From an uncultured Marinoscillum sp. (GTDB taxonomy: Bacteria > Bacteroidota > Bacteroidia > Cytophagales > MED-G16), in assembly GCA_902626505.1 (NCBI GenBank), contig CACOFQ010000001.1, forward strand, positions 5,471 to 69,470: a stretch of 64,000 nt of DNA, given 5' to 3'. Below, one piece after another: positions 1 through 10,221 of the stretch. Made by a program: the position numbers and the translations under genes. Each line of letters starts with the position of its first letter. Position 1 is the first letter of the stretch. Under the pieces are notes generated by a model. The model was not told the origin of the DNA. It did not search any database and was given only the letters and a program-made list of their open reading frames with translations.

Positions 1-569
1 AGAGTAATTTCATCTGCATATTCAATTTCTCCACCGATTGGAATCCCTCTTGATATAGTTGTTATCTTTAAATTATATTTTGACAATTTTTTGGAAATAT
101 AAAAGGATGTAGTATCTCCATCTAAAGTAGGACTTAAAGCAAAAATTATTTCATTTATTTCACCTTCATCAACTCTTTTGACTAGACTTTCTATATTTAA
201 ATTTTCTGGCCCTATACCATCGATTGGAGATATTAGTCCTCCTATAACATGGAATAAGCCATTATAATGATTTGTATTTTGTATTGCAAGAGCATCTGGA
301 GTATCTTCTACAACACATAATATTTTTTTATTAATAAGAGAATTATCATCTTGACAGCTACAATTATCATCTTCACAAATCATATGGCAAACTTTACAAA
401 ACGTTGTCTTTTCTTTAAGATCTATTATAGCTTTTGAGATATTCTTAGAAAATTCCAAATCTTTTTTAAGAAGGAAAAGCGATAATCTTAATGCTGTTTT
501 TTTCCCAATACCTGGAAGTTTGGAAATTTCGTTTACTACGTTTTCTATAATTTTAGTTGGAAGCTTCAT
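1..569 (-). CDS. recR: Recombination protein RecR; the C-terminal end lies beyond the window edge
   Basis: Reverse translation from the ATG at 569 gives MKLPTKIIENVVNEISKLPGIGKKTALRLS (HhH motif), then a C4 zinc finger (CKVCHMIC...CSC) and a Toprim region (VVEDTPDALAIQ...GLFHVIGG). Confidence 0.9.
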   Translation of the reverse strand, partial: MKLPTKIIENVVNEISKLPGIGKKTALRLSLFLLKKDLEFSKNISKAIIDLKEKTTFCKVCHMICEDDNCSCQDDNSLINKKILCVVEDTPDALAIQNTNHYNGLFHVIGGLISPIDGIGPENLNIESLVKRVDEGEINEIIFALSPTLDGDTTSFYISKKLSKYNLKITTISRGIPIGGEIEYADEIT

Positions 570-662
570 TAAAAAATAACTTCTATATGAATTCTAATTT
601 TGATTTTAATTTAACTTTATTAAAACAAACTCTAACATAATTGTTTTTTTTCAAAAATAGAT

Positions 663-2090
663 ATGAATGCTAATATTATACTTCTGATTTTTATAATATA
701 TTTTTTGGTATTATTATTTATATCAAACCTTACTACTAAAAAATCAAGATTCACAGATTTTTTTAATGCAAATAGATCTTCTCCATGGTATTTAGTTGCT
801 TTTGGAATGATAGGGACTTCTTTATCTGGAGTTACTTTTATATCTGTACCTGGCGAAGTTGGAAGTACCAATTTTAGTTATTTTCAAGTAGTGTTAGGGT
901 ATCTAGTTGGATATTTTATTATTGCAAAAGTTTTATTGCCTTTATATTATAAACATAATCTTATTTCAATATATACTTATCTTGATGATAGATTTGGTTT
1001 TTATAGTTATAAAGCAGGAGCATTTTTCTTTTTACTTTCAAGAACCATAGGTGCGTCTTTTAGATTATTTCTTGTTGCTGGAGTATTACAAATAGCAATT
1101 TTTAACCAATTAGGTCTGCCTTATTTTTTCTCGGTACTTCTTACAATTTTACTGATATGGATATATACATTCAAAGGAGGGATAAAAACTATAGTTTGGA
1201 CGGATGCTCTTCAAACTCTTTTTATGTTATCTGCTGTAATTATAACAATTTTTATCATTACTAATAAAATGAATATTTCATTGTATGAATCATATATAAT
1301 GATTAAAGAAAGTTCCTATTCAAAAATATTTTATTTTGATTGGAAAGCAGGAAACGATTTTTTTAAACAATTTATTTCTGGAGCGTTTATTGCAATTGTA
1401 ATGACAGGACTTGATCAAGATATGATGCAAAAAAATTTAACATGTAAAAATCTTGGAGATGCTCAAAAAAATATTTTTTGGTTTTGTGTGATACTAGTAA
1501 TTGCAAATCTATTATTTCTTTCTCTTGGGGCTCTATTATATCTATATTCTGAATCAATTAATTTTCAGATTCCATCTAGTACTGATGATTTGTATCCATT
1601 ATTAGCATTAAATGAATTAGGGTTTTTAACTTCTGTTATTTTTATATTAGGAATAATTGCAGCTGCATATTCTAGTGCAGATTCAGCTTTAACTTCTTTG
1701 ACAACTTCTTTTTGTATTGATTTTCTAGATATAGATAAAAGAAAAAATAAAAGACAAATAAGATTATTAGTTCATATTGGTTTTTCTTTTTTACTATTTG
1801 TTGTCATCTTGATTTTTAATGAAATTAATGATGAAAGTGTAATTAACTCAATATTTAAAGCTGCTGGATATACTTATGGACCACTATTAGGTCTTTTTTC
1901 CTTTGGGATTTTTACAAAATATCAGATTAAAGACAAGTTTGTATTTTTAATTTGTATGGTTTCTCCGGTTATAAGTTATTTAGTGAATGTATATTCTGAG
2001 GAGTTGTTATTTGGATATAAATTCGGATTTGAAATTTTACTTTTAAATGGTTTTATAACATTTATGGGGTTATATCTTATTAAAAAGTAG
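663..2090 (+). CDS. Sodium:solute symporter (SSF) family transporter
   Basis: 475-aa polytopic membrane protein. Its N-terminal region (R..PWYLVAFGMIGTSLSGVTFISVPG) and multiple TM segments are typical of the SSF family. Substrate unknown. Confidence 0.75.
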   Translation: MNANIILLIFIIYFLVLLFISNLTTKKSRFTDFFNANRSSPWYLVAFGMIGTSLSGVTFISVPGEVGSTNFSYFQVVLGYLVGYFIIAKVLLPLYYKHNLISIYTYLDDRFGFYSYKAGAFFFLLSRTIGASFRLFLVAGVLQIAIFNQLGLPYFFSVLLTILLIWIYTFKGGIKTIVWTDALQTLFMLSAVIITIFIITNKMNISLYESYIMIKESSYSKIFYFDWKAGNDFFKQFISGAFIAIVMTGLDQDMMQKNLTCKNLGDAQKNIFWFCVILVIANLLFLSLGALLYLYSESINFQIPSSTDDLYPLLALNELGFLTSVIFILGIIAAAYSSADSALTSLTTSFCIDFLDIDKRKNKRQIRLLVHIGFSFLLFVVILIFNEINDESVINSIFKAAGYTYGPLLGLFSFGIFTKYQIKDKFVFLICMVSPVISYLVNVYSEELLFGYKFGFEILLLNGFITFMGLYLIKK

Positions 2091-2092
2091 AG

Positions 2093-3316
2093 TTATAATC
2101 TGCTATTAAGATAATTGTTAAATGCAGATCCAAAGGTATAACCTATTGCTATTCTAAATTCAGATCTAAAGTCAGTTGCAATTTCTTGTTGTTGTAATAG
2201 TAAATCCTCAATAGATGCATTGCCTTTTGGTAAACTTAATTGGTCTCTAATTAATTCAATTTCTCCTCCAAATTTTATAGAAAGTCCTTCAAATACCCTA
2301 ATTGAAAACCAACTATCTAAACGTAAACTATTTTTAGATGGATCCTGTAGAAATGCTTTGCCTCTTAGATTAGTATATATTTCACCCCAAGGTTGTCTAA
2401 ATCTTGTTTCAAAAGCTAATTGATGTAGATAAACATTTTCCTCCATCTTATTATAAATAGTTTCCTCTATATAATTTCTATATCCATATCCAATTCTATA
2501 GTTAATAACCATTTCTCTTCTTACAAATTCATAATAAGGGTAAAAACTATATTCTATTGCCGGCATAAAATAATATCTAAAATCAATATTTTGATAGGTA
2601 TCTCCACTTGCACCTGCATTAAAACCAGCTGACCACTTATTATTAATACTCCAAACACTTTTAGCATCAAATGATTTTCTATTTCTTTTACTTATAAATG
2701 TATTGTCTTGACTTTCATATTTATTATTAGATCTTTCAAAATCGATATCGAACTGTAATTTTATTTTATCTGTAACTTTATCTGCATCTAGCTCTATTCT
2801 AATATTTGATTCATTTCTGCTTGTTTCATTTTCAAAGTTAACTTCTCCAGAACTCTGAAAAACCCAATTTTTCCATTTATCAGAACTTGATTCGTATGAG
2901 TTTTTATTATTATTATTGATAGAGTCATAAGAAATATTTATTTTATTAGATATATCACTTTCAGCTAAGAAATATACTAAGCCAATATCAATTTTTCTTT
3001 TTAGTTCATTTCTTACTTCATCACTTGTTAGCCTAGGGTTTGTATCTAAAACTAATGATAGTTCTTTATCTGAAAAAATATTTTTTCCAATGAAATCTAG
3101 AGTATATCTATTCCCATTGTTTGCATTTCTATTTCTATAAATAAATAATTGAATATCAGCAAGACCTTGATCTCTTACATGGTTGACATAATTTATTTCA
3201 CTTTTTAAGAAGTTATTGTCACATCTATCACATTTAATAAATAGACTGTTTAAATTATTTTGAGCATATAGATCATTAGAGATAAATAAAATAAAGGATA
3301 TAAGTATTTTTTTCAT
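2093..3316 (-). CDS. Hypothetical outer-membrane beta-barrel protein
   Basis: Signal peptide (MKKILISFILFISNDLYAQ), a CxxC motif near the N-terminus (KCDRCD), and alternating aromatic/polar beta-strand pattern in the C-terminal half. I cannot name a family. Confidence 0.55.
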   Translation of the reverse strand: MKKILISFILFISNDLYAQNNLNSLFIKCDRCDNNFLKSEINYVNHVRDQGLADIQLFIYRNRNANNGNRYTLDFIGKNIFSDKELSLVLDTNPRLTSDEVRNELKRKIDIGLVYFLAESDISNKINISYDSINNNNKNSYESSSDKWKNWVFQSSGEVNFENETSRNESNIRIELDADKVTDKIKLQFDIDFERSNNKYESQDNTFISKRNRKSFDAKSVWSINNKWSAGFNAGASGDTYQNIDFRYYFMPAIEYSFYPYYEFVRREMVINYRIGYGYRNYIEETIYNKMEENVYLHQLAFETRFRQPWGEIYTNLRGKAFLQDPSKNSLRLDSWFSIRVFEGLSIKFGGEIELIRDQLSLPKGNASIEDLLLQQQEIATDFRSEFRIAIGYTFGSAFNNYLNSRL

Positions 3317-3318
3317 AT

Positions 3319-3648
3319 TTATAATTCAAGCTCTTTAACCGGATCCCAAAATACCTCTTCAAAATTTTCAATCCTATTTTTTTTTACTAAAATTCCTTCT
3401 TTCTCAAGTAATTCCTCCATTGTCTTTTTTCCATGAAAATGGTGTTTTCCTGTAAGAAGTCCATTTCTATTCACAACTCTATGGGCAGGAATAGTCTTAT
3501 CATGGTGTGAATTATTCATAGCCCAGCCTACCACTCTTGCACTTTTGGATGTACCTAGATATTTTGCAATAGCCCCATAAGATGTTACTTTTCCAAAGGG
3601 GATTAGTTTTACAACTTCATAGACATTCTTGAAAAAATCGGAATTCAC
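3319..3648 (-). CDS. MGMT-family / alkyltransferase-like (ATL) DNA-binding protein with the catalytic Cys replaced by Ala
   Basis: Carries YGAIAKYLG...ARVVGWAM...[15 protein letters not shown], i.e. the PCHRV motif reads PAHRV. I moved the start to the in-frame GTG at 3648, because the longer ORF in the track runs through the tRNA-Ser gene. Confidence 0.7.
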   Translation of the reverse strand: MNSDFFKNVYEVVKLIPFGKVTSYGAIAKYLGTSKSARVVGWAMNNSHHDKTIPAHRVVNRNGLLTGKHHFHGKKTMEELLEKEGILVKKNRIENFEEVFWDPVKELEL

Positions 3649-3665
3649 AATACGATGTAGATATG

Positions 3666-3750
3666 CAGAGGAGGAGGGATTCGAACCCCCGGTACCTTGC
3701 GGTACAACGGTTTTCAAGACCGCCGCATTCGACCACTCTGCCACTCCTCT
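3666..3750 (-). tRNA. tRNA-Ser (anticodon TGA)
   Basis: Manual fold gives acceptor AGAGGAG/CTCCTCT, anticodon loop CTTGAAA, a long variable arm (TGTACCGCAAGGTACC) and a GGTTCGAATCC T-loop. Length 85 nt. Confidence 0.9.
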
Positions 3751-3805
3751 AAAATAATCTTGGCAGCAAAAATATATTAATTACCACATTTGCCAAAAAT
3801 ACCTT

Positions 3806-4729
3806 TTAATTAAATTTTGATTTTAATTTATTTATTGCAATATCAATACTAGTATTCCATTCAAATCCTACTAGAATAATAGATGAAATTACATATACCC
3901 AACCCATGTATGCAATTAAAATTCCAATTGAACCATATAATTTATTGTAGGTTGGAAAATTAATTATATAGTAGGAAAATGCAAGAGAGATAATAACACA
4001 ACCTATCGTTGAAATAATAGACCCAGAAGAAATAAATGTCCACTTATTATGTTTAACTGGAGCAAAATAAAAGATAGAAGTAATTAGTAAGTAGAAAGAA
4101 ATAAATAATGAAATCAGCTTATAGATATTAATTGTATAGTATTCTACATCTTTAAACACGTTATATTCCAATATAATATTGATTATAAAATCACCTAGTG
4201 TTGATAATACAATAGCAACTATAGTTACTATAAAAAAGATAAAAGTAAGTAGCATAGCTATTAATCTTGTTTCATAAAAGCTTCTGTTTTCTCTTATTCT
4301 ATGACAGCTATTAAAAGTTTTTATTAATGTATTAAATCCATTTGAAGAGAGAAATATTGAGGAAATGACCCCAAAAGATAATAAGCCACCTCTTTTAGTT
4401 TCAACTAAATCTAGTATTGTATTTTTGGTAATACTAAACATATTCTCAGGCATAATGTTTCGTAAAAAAATTAATATTTTTTCAGAATCAATTTCAGGAA
4501 TCCAAGCATTAATATATGGTAATAACGTAAAAAGAAATATGATCAGAGGAAAAGAAGCTATTGTAAAACTAAATGCAACAGCTAATGACCTCTCAAAAAT
4601 TTCATCTTCTCTTAGTTTTGTTCTAAAAATTTTGAATACACTGTAATAAGTTACTGTATTACCAACTAGATAAAGTCTTTTAAATATTACTCTAAAAAAA
4701 ATAATGATATAATTAAAAATAGATTTCAT
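3806..4729 (-). CDS. YihY/BrkB (ribonuclease BN-like) family inner-membrane protein
   Basis: 307-aa polytopic protein with the typical N-terminal region (F..D....SLAVAFSFTIASFPLIIFLF) and the YG..G.L...W.Y motif near the C-terminus. Confidence 0.7.
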   Translation of the reverse strand: MKSIFNYIIIFFRVIFKRLYLVGNTVTYYSVFKIFRTKLREDEIFERSLAVAFSFTIASFPLIIFLFTLLPYINAWIPEIDSEKILIFLRNIMPENMFSITKNTILDLVETKRGGLLSFGVISSIFLSSNGFNTLIKTFNSCHRIRENRSFYETRLIAMLLTFIFFIVTIVAIVLSTLGDFIINIILEYNVFKDVEYYTINIYKLISLFISFYLLITSIFYFAPVKHNKWTFISSGSIISTIGCVIISLAFSYYIINFPTYNKLYGSIGILIAYMGWVYVISSIILVGFEWNTSIDIAINKLKSKFN

Positions 4730-5133
4730 TAAAACTTATTTTTAATTAGTTCTAATAATTCCTTTGGTATTCTTACTGGCTTTTTACTTGATAAATTAAT
4801 GAATGTTAATGTTGTTTTAGCAGAGTTTGCTAGATTATTTTCTTTATTAAAAATATCATAATAAAAAATAATTTTTGATGATGGTAATTCTTCAATTCTA
4901 GTTTTAATAATTATTTCCTCATCATATTTTATTGGCAATAAATATTTTGTGTCCATATCTATTACTGGCATTCCAATTCCTTCTTCTTCAAGGTTTTTAT
5001 AAGAGAAACCTAAACTTCTAAATAATTCTACTCTCGCAACCTCATAATAACTTGCATATCTCCCATAATAAACATAACCCATCTGATCAGTATCCGAATA
5101 CCTAACTCTTAATTTTATTTCTCCATTTATCAT
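4729..5133 (-). CDS. Acyl-CoA thioesterase, 4HBT/YbgC-like hotdog fold
   Basis: 134 aa. VRYSDTDQMGYVYYGRYASYYEVARVELFRSLG is the canonical YbgC/4HBT N-terminal motif. Confidence 0.8.
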   Translation of the reverse strand: MINGEIKLRVRYSDTDQMGYVYYGRYASYYEVARVELFRSLGFSYKNLEEEGIGMPVIDMDTKYLLPIKYDEEIIIKTRIEELPSSKIIFYYDIFNKENNLANSAKTTLTFINLSSKKPVRIPKELLELIKNKF

Positions 5134-6161
5134 TATTTGTATATTTTTCTATTATTTAAGGCAATTTGAAACTTTCTTGCATTTCTATTATGATCTGAAA
5201 GATTTGTTGCAAAAGCATGGTAACCAGAAAAATCCTCTTTAGCACACATATAGATGTAATTATGCTTTTCAAAATTTAATACAGCATCAATATATTTTTT
5301 AGATGCTATTCTTATAGGTCCAGGAGGTAAACCTCTATGTATGTAGGTGTTGTAAGGTGACTTAATTTTTTTATGTTTATTTAATACCCTTCTAATGGTA
5401 AAATCGTTTGCCGCAAAAACTAGAGTTGGGTCAGCTTGAAGTCGCATATTTCTGTTTAGTCTATTTATGTATAATCCTGCAATTCTATCCGCTTCGTCTA
5501 ACATTCTAGATTCCGATGCTACAATAGAAGCAAGAACTATTGCTTCTTTCTGGTTTAAATTAATTTTTTTAAGTTTTTCAAGCCTATCATTATTCCAGAA
5601 TTTCTTATATTCTGAATACATTTTATCAGTTAGTTTTTTTGGTGAAATATTCCAATAAACTTCATAGGTGTCTGGTAAGAAAATACTTATTATGTCTTCT
5701 TTTTTAAAGCTTTCATAGTTTTCAATATTTTCCAATAGATAATTTAATAGGTCCTCTTTTGAGATTTTTAACTTGCTTGTAATTTTCTCTGCTAAGTCAT
5801 CTATTTTTCTTGCGTAGCTAAAAGTAAGTTTAATAGGTGTTTGATTTCCAGATCTTAACATGGTTATCATATCATAGTTTGACATATTCATATTAACCTT
5901 ATATGCACCAATTTTAATATTTTCTTGATACTCCATAATTTTACTTAAAAAACTAAATGATAGAATATCATTTATTAATGTATCATCTTCTAATTTTTTT
6001 ATTAAACTATTAAAGTCTGTGCCTTCTTCAATTATTATGAACTTATCTTCAGAATTAATTAAAAAATTAGGAGAATATAACATTTGGTATGTGTATACGC
6101 TACAAGTAGTCAGTATTGTAGAGAAAATAATTAAAGGAATTAAAATTTTTTTCTTACTCAT
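5133..6161 (-). CDS. mltG: Endolytic murein transglycosylase MltG (YceG-like)
   Basis: N-terminal TM anchor, then ASIVASESRMLDEADRIAGLYINRLNRNMRLQADPT and YNTYIHRGLPPGPI motifs. Confidence 0.85.
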   Translation of the reverse strand: MSKKKILIPLIIFSTILTTCSVYTYQMLYSPNFLINSEDKFIIIEEGTDFNSLIKKLEDDTLINDILSFSFLSKIMEYQENIKIGAYKVNMNMSNYDMITMLRSGNQTPIKLTFSYARKIDDLAEKITSKLKISKEDLLNYLLENIENYESFKKEDIISIFLPDTYEVYWNISPKKLTDKMYSEYKKFWNNDRLEKLKKINLNQKEAIVLASIVASESRMLDEADRIAGLYINRLNRNMRLQADPTLVFAANDFTIRRVLNKHKKIKSPYNTYIHRGLPPGPIRIASKKYIDAVLNFEKHNYIYMCAKEDFSGYHAFATNLSDHNRNARKFQIALNNRKIYK

Positions 6162-6188
6162 TTTATATTTACTTGTAAAGGTAATAAT

Positions 6189-6794
6189 ATGATTTTAGTT
6201 CAACCACAATATTTTCCTACAGTAAATTTTTTTAAGAAATTTGAAAATAATAAAATATTTATTGATTATAACTCCGATTATTCACAGTATTTAAATATAA
6301 ATAAAACTAGAATTGTAAATCTTTCTAATACTTTTGAAATGGAAGTTCCTTTGGTCTTTAATTCTAAAGATATTAAAATAAAGGAGTTAAAAATAGACCA
6401 TAGCAGAAACTGGATTAACAGTCACATTCAATCTATTCAATCATCTTATGGTAAATTTCCATATTATATCTATTACATAGATGACATTATAGAAGTTTTA
6501 AAACTAAGACATAATTTCTTGATTGACTTAAACTATGACTTATTGACATTATTATATAAGTTTTTAAATTTTGAAAATAAAATTCAAAAATTTCAAAATA
6601 AATACAACTTAGGGGATATAATTAAAGTATATAATCATTACAATTCAAATATTGAAAAGGATAATATTGAAGAGCAGAGGAATAATTTATTTCTTGGCAA
6701 GAAATTTGATTATAGTTATAGTGTGATAGACTTAATTTTTTTAAAAGGACCTGAATCAGGTTATTTTATAAGAAATTTTAAAGAAAAAAATTAA
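6189..6794 (+). CDS. WbqC-like family protein (function unknown)
   Basis: N-terminus MILVQPQYFPTVNFF and internal W...H...I...YGKFPYY resemble WbqC-family proteins. Assignment is by motif memory only. Confidence 0.45.
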   Translation: MILVQPQYFPTVNFFKKFENNKIFIDYNSDYSQYLNINKTRIVNLSNTFEMEVPLVFNSKDIKIKELKIDHSRNWINSHIQSIQSSYGKFPYYIYYIDDIIEVLKLRHNFLIDLNYDLLTLLYKFLNFENKIQKFQNKYNLGDIIKVYNHYNSNIEKDNIEEQRNNLFLGKKFDYSYSVIDLIFLKGPESGYFIRNFKEKN

Positions 6795-6837
6795 TAGTTT
6801 TTTTTATCAAAATAAGTTATCCTTACGTTATAAAGTT

Positions 6838-9366
6838 ATGGAAGCAAAGTTTTCAAATAGAGTTAAAGAGGTAATATCATTGAGTAGAGAAGAGGCTCTC
6901 AGACTTGGTCATGATTACATAGGCACTGAACATTTATTGCTTGGTGTTATAAGAGAAGGGGAAGGAGTAGCTATCGGATTATTAAAAAAGCTGGGAATCA
7001 GTTTAGAAGATCTAAGAGCATCAGTTGAGCATAACACAAAGAATACAACATCCTCTAATTTAAAGAATGTTACTAATATACCATTAACTCGTCAGACTGA
7101 AAAAGTTCTTAAAATAACGTATTTAGAAGCAAAAATATTTAAAAGTAAACTCATTGGAACAGAACATTTATTATTATCAATACTTAGAGATGAGGATAAC
7201 ATTGCCACGCAGATTTTAGATAAATTTGATGTTACTTATGATGTTGTTAAAGAATTACTTGAATATCAAACAAGTAACCCACAAGCCACTACTTCATCTG
7301 AGCCAATGGAAGAAGATGACATGTCTGAATTTAAAGGTAGTTCTAAATCTAAGTCACAAAAAGTAAAAGAGAAATCAAAAACTCCAATTTTAGATAACTT
7401 TGGTAAAGATTTAACAAAACTTGCAGAGCAAAATAAACTTGACTCTGTGATTGGTAGAGAAAAAGAAATTGAGAGGGTAGCTCAAATATTGACTAGAAGG
7501 AAGAAGAATAATCCTATTTTAATAGGAGAACCTGGTGTCGGAAAAACAGCAATAGCTGAAGCTTTAGCGTTGAGAATTACTCAAAAAAAGGTATCTAGAA
7601 TACTTCATAATAAGAGAGTCGTTACCTTAGATCTAGCTTCTTTAGTTGCAGGAACAAAATATAGAGGTCAATTTGAAGAGAGAATGAAAGCCGTAATGAC
7701 AGAAATTGAAAAATCTGATAATATTATTTTATTTATTGATGAACTTCATACAATAGTAGGAGCAGGTGGAGCCTCTGGATCATTAGACGCATCAAATATG
7801 TTTAAACCTGCACTAGCAAGAGGAGAGTTACAATGTATAGGAGCAACGACATTAGATGAGTACAGACAATATGTTGAAAAAGATGGCGCTTTAGCAAGAA
7901 GATTTCAAAATGTGATAATTGACCCTACTACACCTGAAGAAACACAAAATATTTTAGATAATATTAAAGATAAATACGAAAGTCATCATAATGTTATTTA
8001 TTCTAAAGATGCGATTGAGGCTTGTGTAAAACTATCAGACAGGTACATAAGCGACAGATTTTTACCTGACAAGGCAATTGATTTAATGGATGAAGCTGGT
8101 TCAAGAGTTCATATGCATAATTTAGACGTACCTGAGGTCATAATTGATATTGAAAATAAGATTGAGGAGATCAAAAGTCAAAAAAATCAAGTAGTCCAAA
8201 ATCAAAAATATGAAGAGGCTGCTCAATTAAGAGATACTGAAAAAAAGCTTCTTACCGAATTAGATATTCAAAAGAAAAAGTGGATTGAGGAGTCTAAGAA
8301 AAAGAGACATAAAGTAGAAGAAAAAAATATTGCTGAAGTAATTTCAATGGTTACAGGCATTCCTCTAGAAAGAATTGAACAAAATGAAAGCTCAAGATTA
8401 TTGTCTATGTCAAAAACTTTATCAAAAAAAGTTGTAGGGCAAGATAGTGCGATTGATAAATTAGTAAGGGCAATAAAAAGAACCAGAGTTGGTTTAAAGG
8501 ACCCTAAGAAACCAATTGGATCTTTCATTTTTTTAGGACCGACTGGTGTTGGTAAAACAGAATTAGCCAAGGTTCTTGCAAATAATCTTTTCGATAAAGA
8601 TGATGCATTGATAAGAGTAGATATGTCAGAATATATGGAGAAATTTTCTATTTCTAGACTTGTTGGAGCTCCTCCAGGATATGTTGGATATGAAGAAGGA
8701 GGTCAACTAAGTGAAAAAGTAAGGAGAAAACCATACAGTGTTATATTACTCGATGAAATAGAAAAAGCACATCCTGATGTTTTTAATTTATTATTGCAAA
8801 TTCTCGATGAAGGTTTCTTAACTGACGGACTAGGACATAGAGTTGATTTTAGAAATACTATTTTGATTATGACTTCAAATGTTGGAGCAAGAGATGTTCA
8901 AGACTTTGGGGCAGGAATTGGGTTTGACACTAAATCAAGAGTAGAAAACATAAATGAAAATTTAAATTCAACAATTGACAAAGCTCTCCAAAGAACATTT
9001 AACCCTGAATTTATTAATAGACTAGATGATATTATTATATTTAATTCTCTTACAAAAGAGGACTTATATAAAATTATAGATATTAATCTCAAAAAGCTTT
9101 ATTCGAAAGCTGATGAAATTGGATATTCTATTGACTTGACAAATGAGGCAAAAGATTTCATCATTGAAAAAGGGTATAATCCTAAATATGGTGCTCGTCC
9201 ATTGGAAAGAGCTATTCAAAAATATGTTGAAGATGTTTTAGCTGAAGAAATATTATCTGGTAACGTCAAAAAAGGTGACTTAGTACTTGCTGATTACGAT
9301 AAAAAGTTAAAAGAAATTAAAATTACTAAACTCGACACCAAAAAAAATAAGACTAAGTCTAAGTAA
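6838..9366 (+). CDS. clpC: ATP-dependent Clp protease ATP-binding subunit ClpC (class I AAA+)
   Basis: Two Clp_N repeats, Walker A GEPGVGKT and GPTGVGKT, a UVR-like motif (KYEEAAQLRDTEKKL), and the ClpB_D2-small C-terminus. Confidence 0.9.
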   Translation: MEAKFSNRVKEVISLSREEALRLGHDYIGTEHLLLGVIREGEGVAIGLLKKLGISLEDLRASVEHNTKNTTSSNLKNVTNIPLTRQTEKVLKITYLEAKIFKSKLIGTEHLLLSILRDEDNIATQILDKFDVTYDVVKELLEYQTSNPQATTSSEPMEEDDMSEFKGSSKSKSQKVKEKSKTPILDNFGKDLTKLAEQNKLDSVIGREKEIERVAQILTRRKKNNPILIGEPGVGKTAIAEALALRITQKKVSRILHNKRVVTLDLASLVAGTKYRGQFEERMKAVMTEIEKSDNIILFIDELHTIVGAGGASGSLDASNMFKPALARGELQCIGATTLDEYRQYVEKDGALARRFQNVIIDPTTPEETQNILDNIKDKYESHHNVIYSKDAIEACVKLSDRYISDRFLPDKAIDLMDEAGSRVHMHNLDVPEVIIDIENKIEEIKSQKNQVVQNQKYEEAAQLRDTEKKLLTELDIQKKKWIEESKKKRHKVEEKNIAEVISMVTGIPLERIEQNESSRLLSMSKTLSKKVVGQDSAIDKLVRAIKRTRVGLKDPKKPIGSFIFLGPTGVGKTELAKVLANNLFDKDDALIRVDMSEYMEKFSISRLVGAPPGYVGYEEGGQLSEKVRRKPYSVILLDEIEKAHPDVFNLLLQILDEGFLTDGLGHRVDFRNTILIMTSNVGARDVQDFGAGIGFDTKSRVENINENLNSTIDKALQRTFNPEFINRLDDIIIFNSLTKEDLYKIIDINLKKLYSKADEIGYSIDLTNEAKDFIIEKGYNPKYGARPLERAIQKYVEDVLAEEILSGNVKKGDLVLADYDKKLKEIKITKLDTKKNKTKSK

Positions 9367-10105
9367 CTAGTCCTCCATCTACTTTTATTATTTGTCCAGT
9401 TATATATGAAGCCTTATCTGAGGCTAAATATGAACAAAGATTTGCTACATCGCTTACATTCCCCGCTCTTTTTAAAGGAATTGATTCTATCCAGTTTTCT
9501 AATAATTTTCCATCGCCCTTATTAGTCATGTCAGTCTCAATAAATCCTGGAGCAATGGCGTTACACCTTATATTTCTAGATCCTAACTCTAATGCAATTG
9601 ACTTAGTAAACCCATTTATTCCAGCTTTTGATGCTGAATAATTAGATTGACCAGCATTACCTTTAACTCCTACTATTGAGCTTATATTGATAATTACACC
9701 ATCTTTTTTTTTCATAAATTCTCTTACAGCACATTTTGTAAGATTGAAACATGAATTTAGATTTATATCAATAACCTTCTTCCATGAATCTTCATCCATT
9801 CTTAATAAGAGATTATCTCTAGTAATTCCAGCATTATTAATTAAAATATCATATGAACCAAAATCTTTGATTACATTTTCAATTAGTTCACTACTTTGAT
9901 CAAAGTTTGATGCATCAGATTTATATTTAATTACCTTGACTCCGTAAGACTTAGCATTTTTTTCAACCTCAATGGCTGATGATTCACTACTTAAATATGT
10001 GAAAGCAATGTTGCAACCTTCTTGAGCAAATTTTTCTACAATTCCTTTTCCTATACCTTTTGAACCACCAGTAATTATAGCTGTTTTATTTTCTAAATTT
10101 TTCAT
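9359..10105 (-). CDS. fabG: 3-oxoacyl-[ACP] reductase FabG (SDR family)
   Basis: TGGSKGIGKGI cofactor motif, NNAGI, and the catalytic S...YSASKAG. Confidence 0.85.
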   Translation of the reverse strand: MKNLENKTAIITGGSKGIGKGIVEKFAQEGCNIAFTYLSSESSAIEVEKNAKSYGVKVIKYKSDASNFDQSSELIENVIKDFGSYDILINNAGITRDNLLLRMDEDSWKKVIDINLNSCFNLTKCAVREFMKKKDGVIINISSIVGVKGNAGQSNYSASKAGINGFTKSIALELGSRNIRCNAIAPGFIETDMTNKGDGKLLENWIESIPLKRAGNVSDVANLCSYLASDKASYITGQIIKVDGGLVT

Positions 10106-10221
10106 TTTAATTAATTGAGTGAGCTTAAAATTATATAAACTTTCTTACAAATTTTAAGATAAAATTATCAATAGTTTTATAATAAACAATTAGAATATAA
10201 ATTTGTCAAAAAAATAAAATT

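Noticed and set aside
632-871. 79-aa minus-strand ORF overlapping the symporter start
   Set aside because: It is antisense to the well-supported SSF transporter gene and extends into the AT-rich promoter region. It has no recognisable motifs.
3649-3744. N-terminal 32 codons of the 141-aa ORF ([23 protein letters not shown]...)
   Set aside because: This part is the tRNA-Ser gene read as protein. The MGMT-like homology starts only after the in-frame GTG at 3648.
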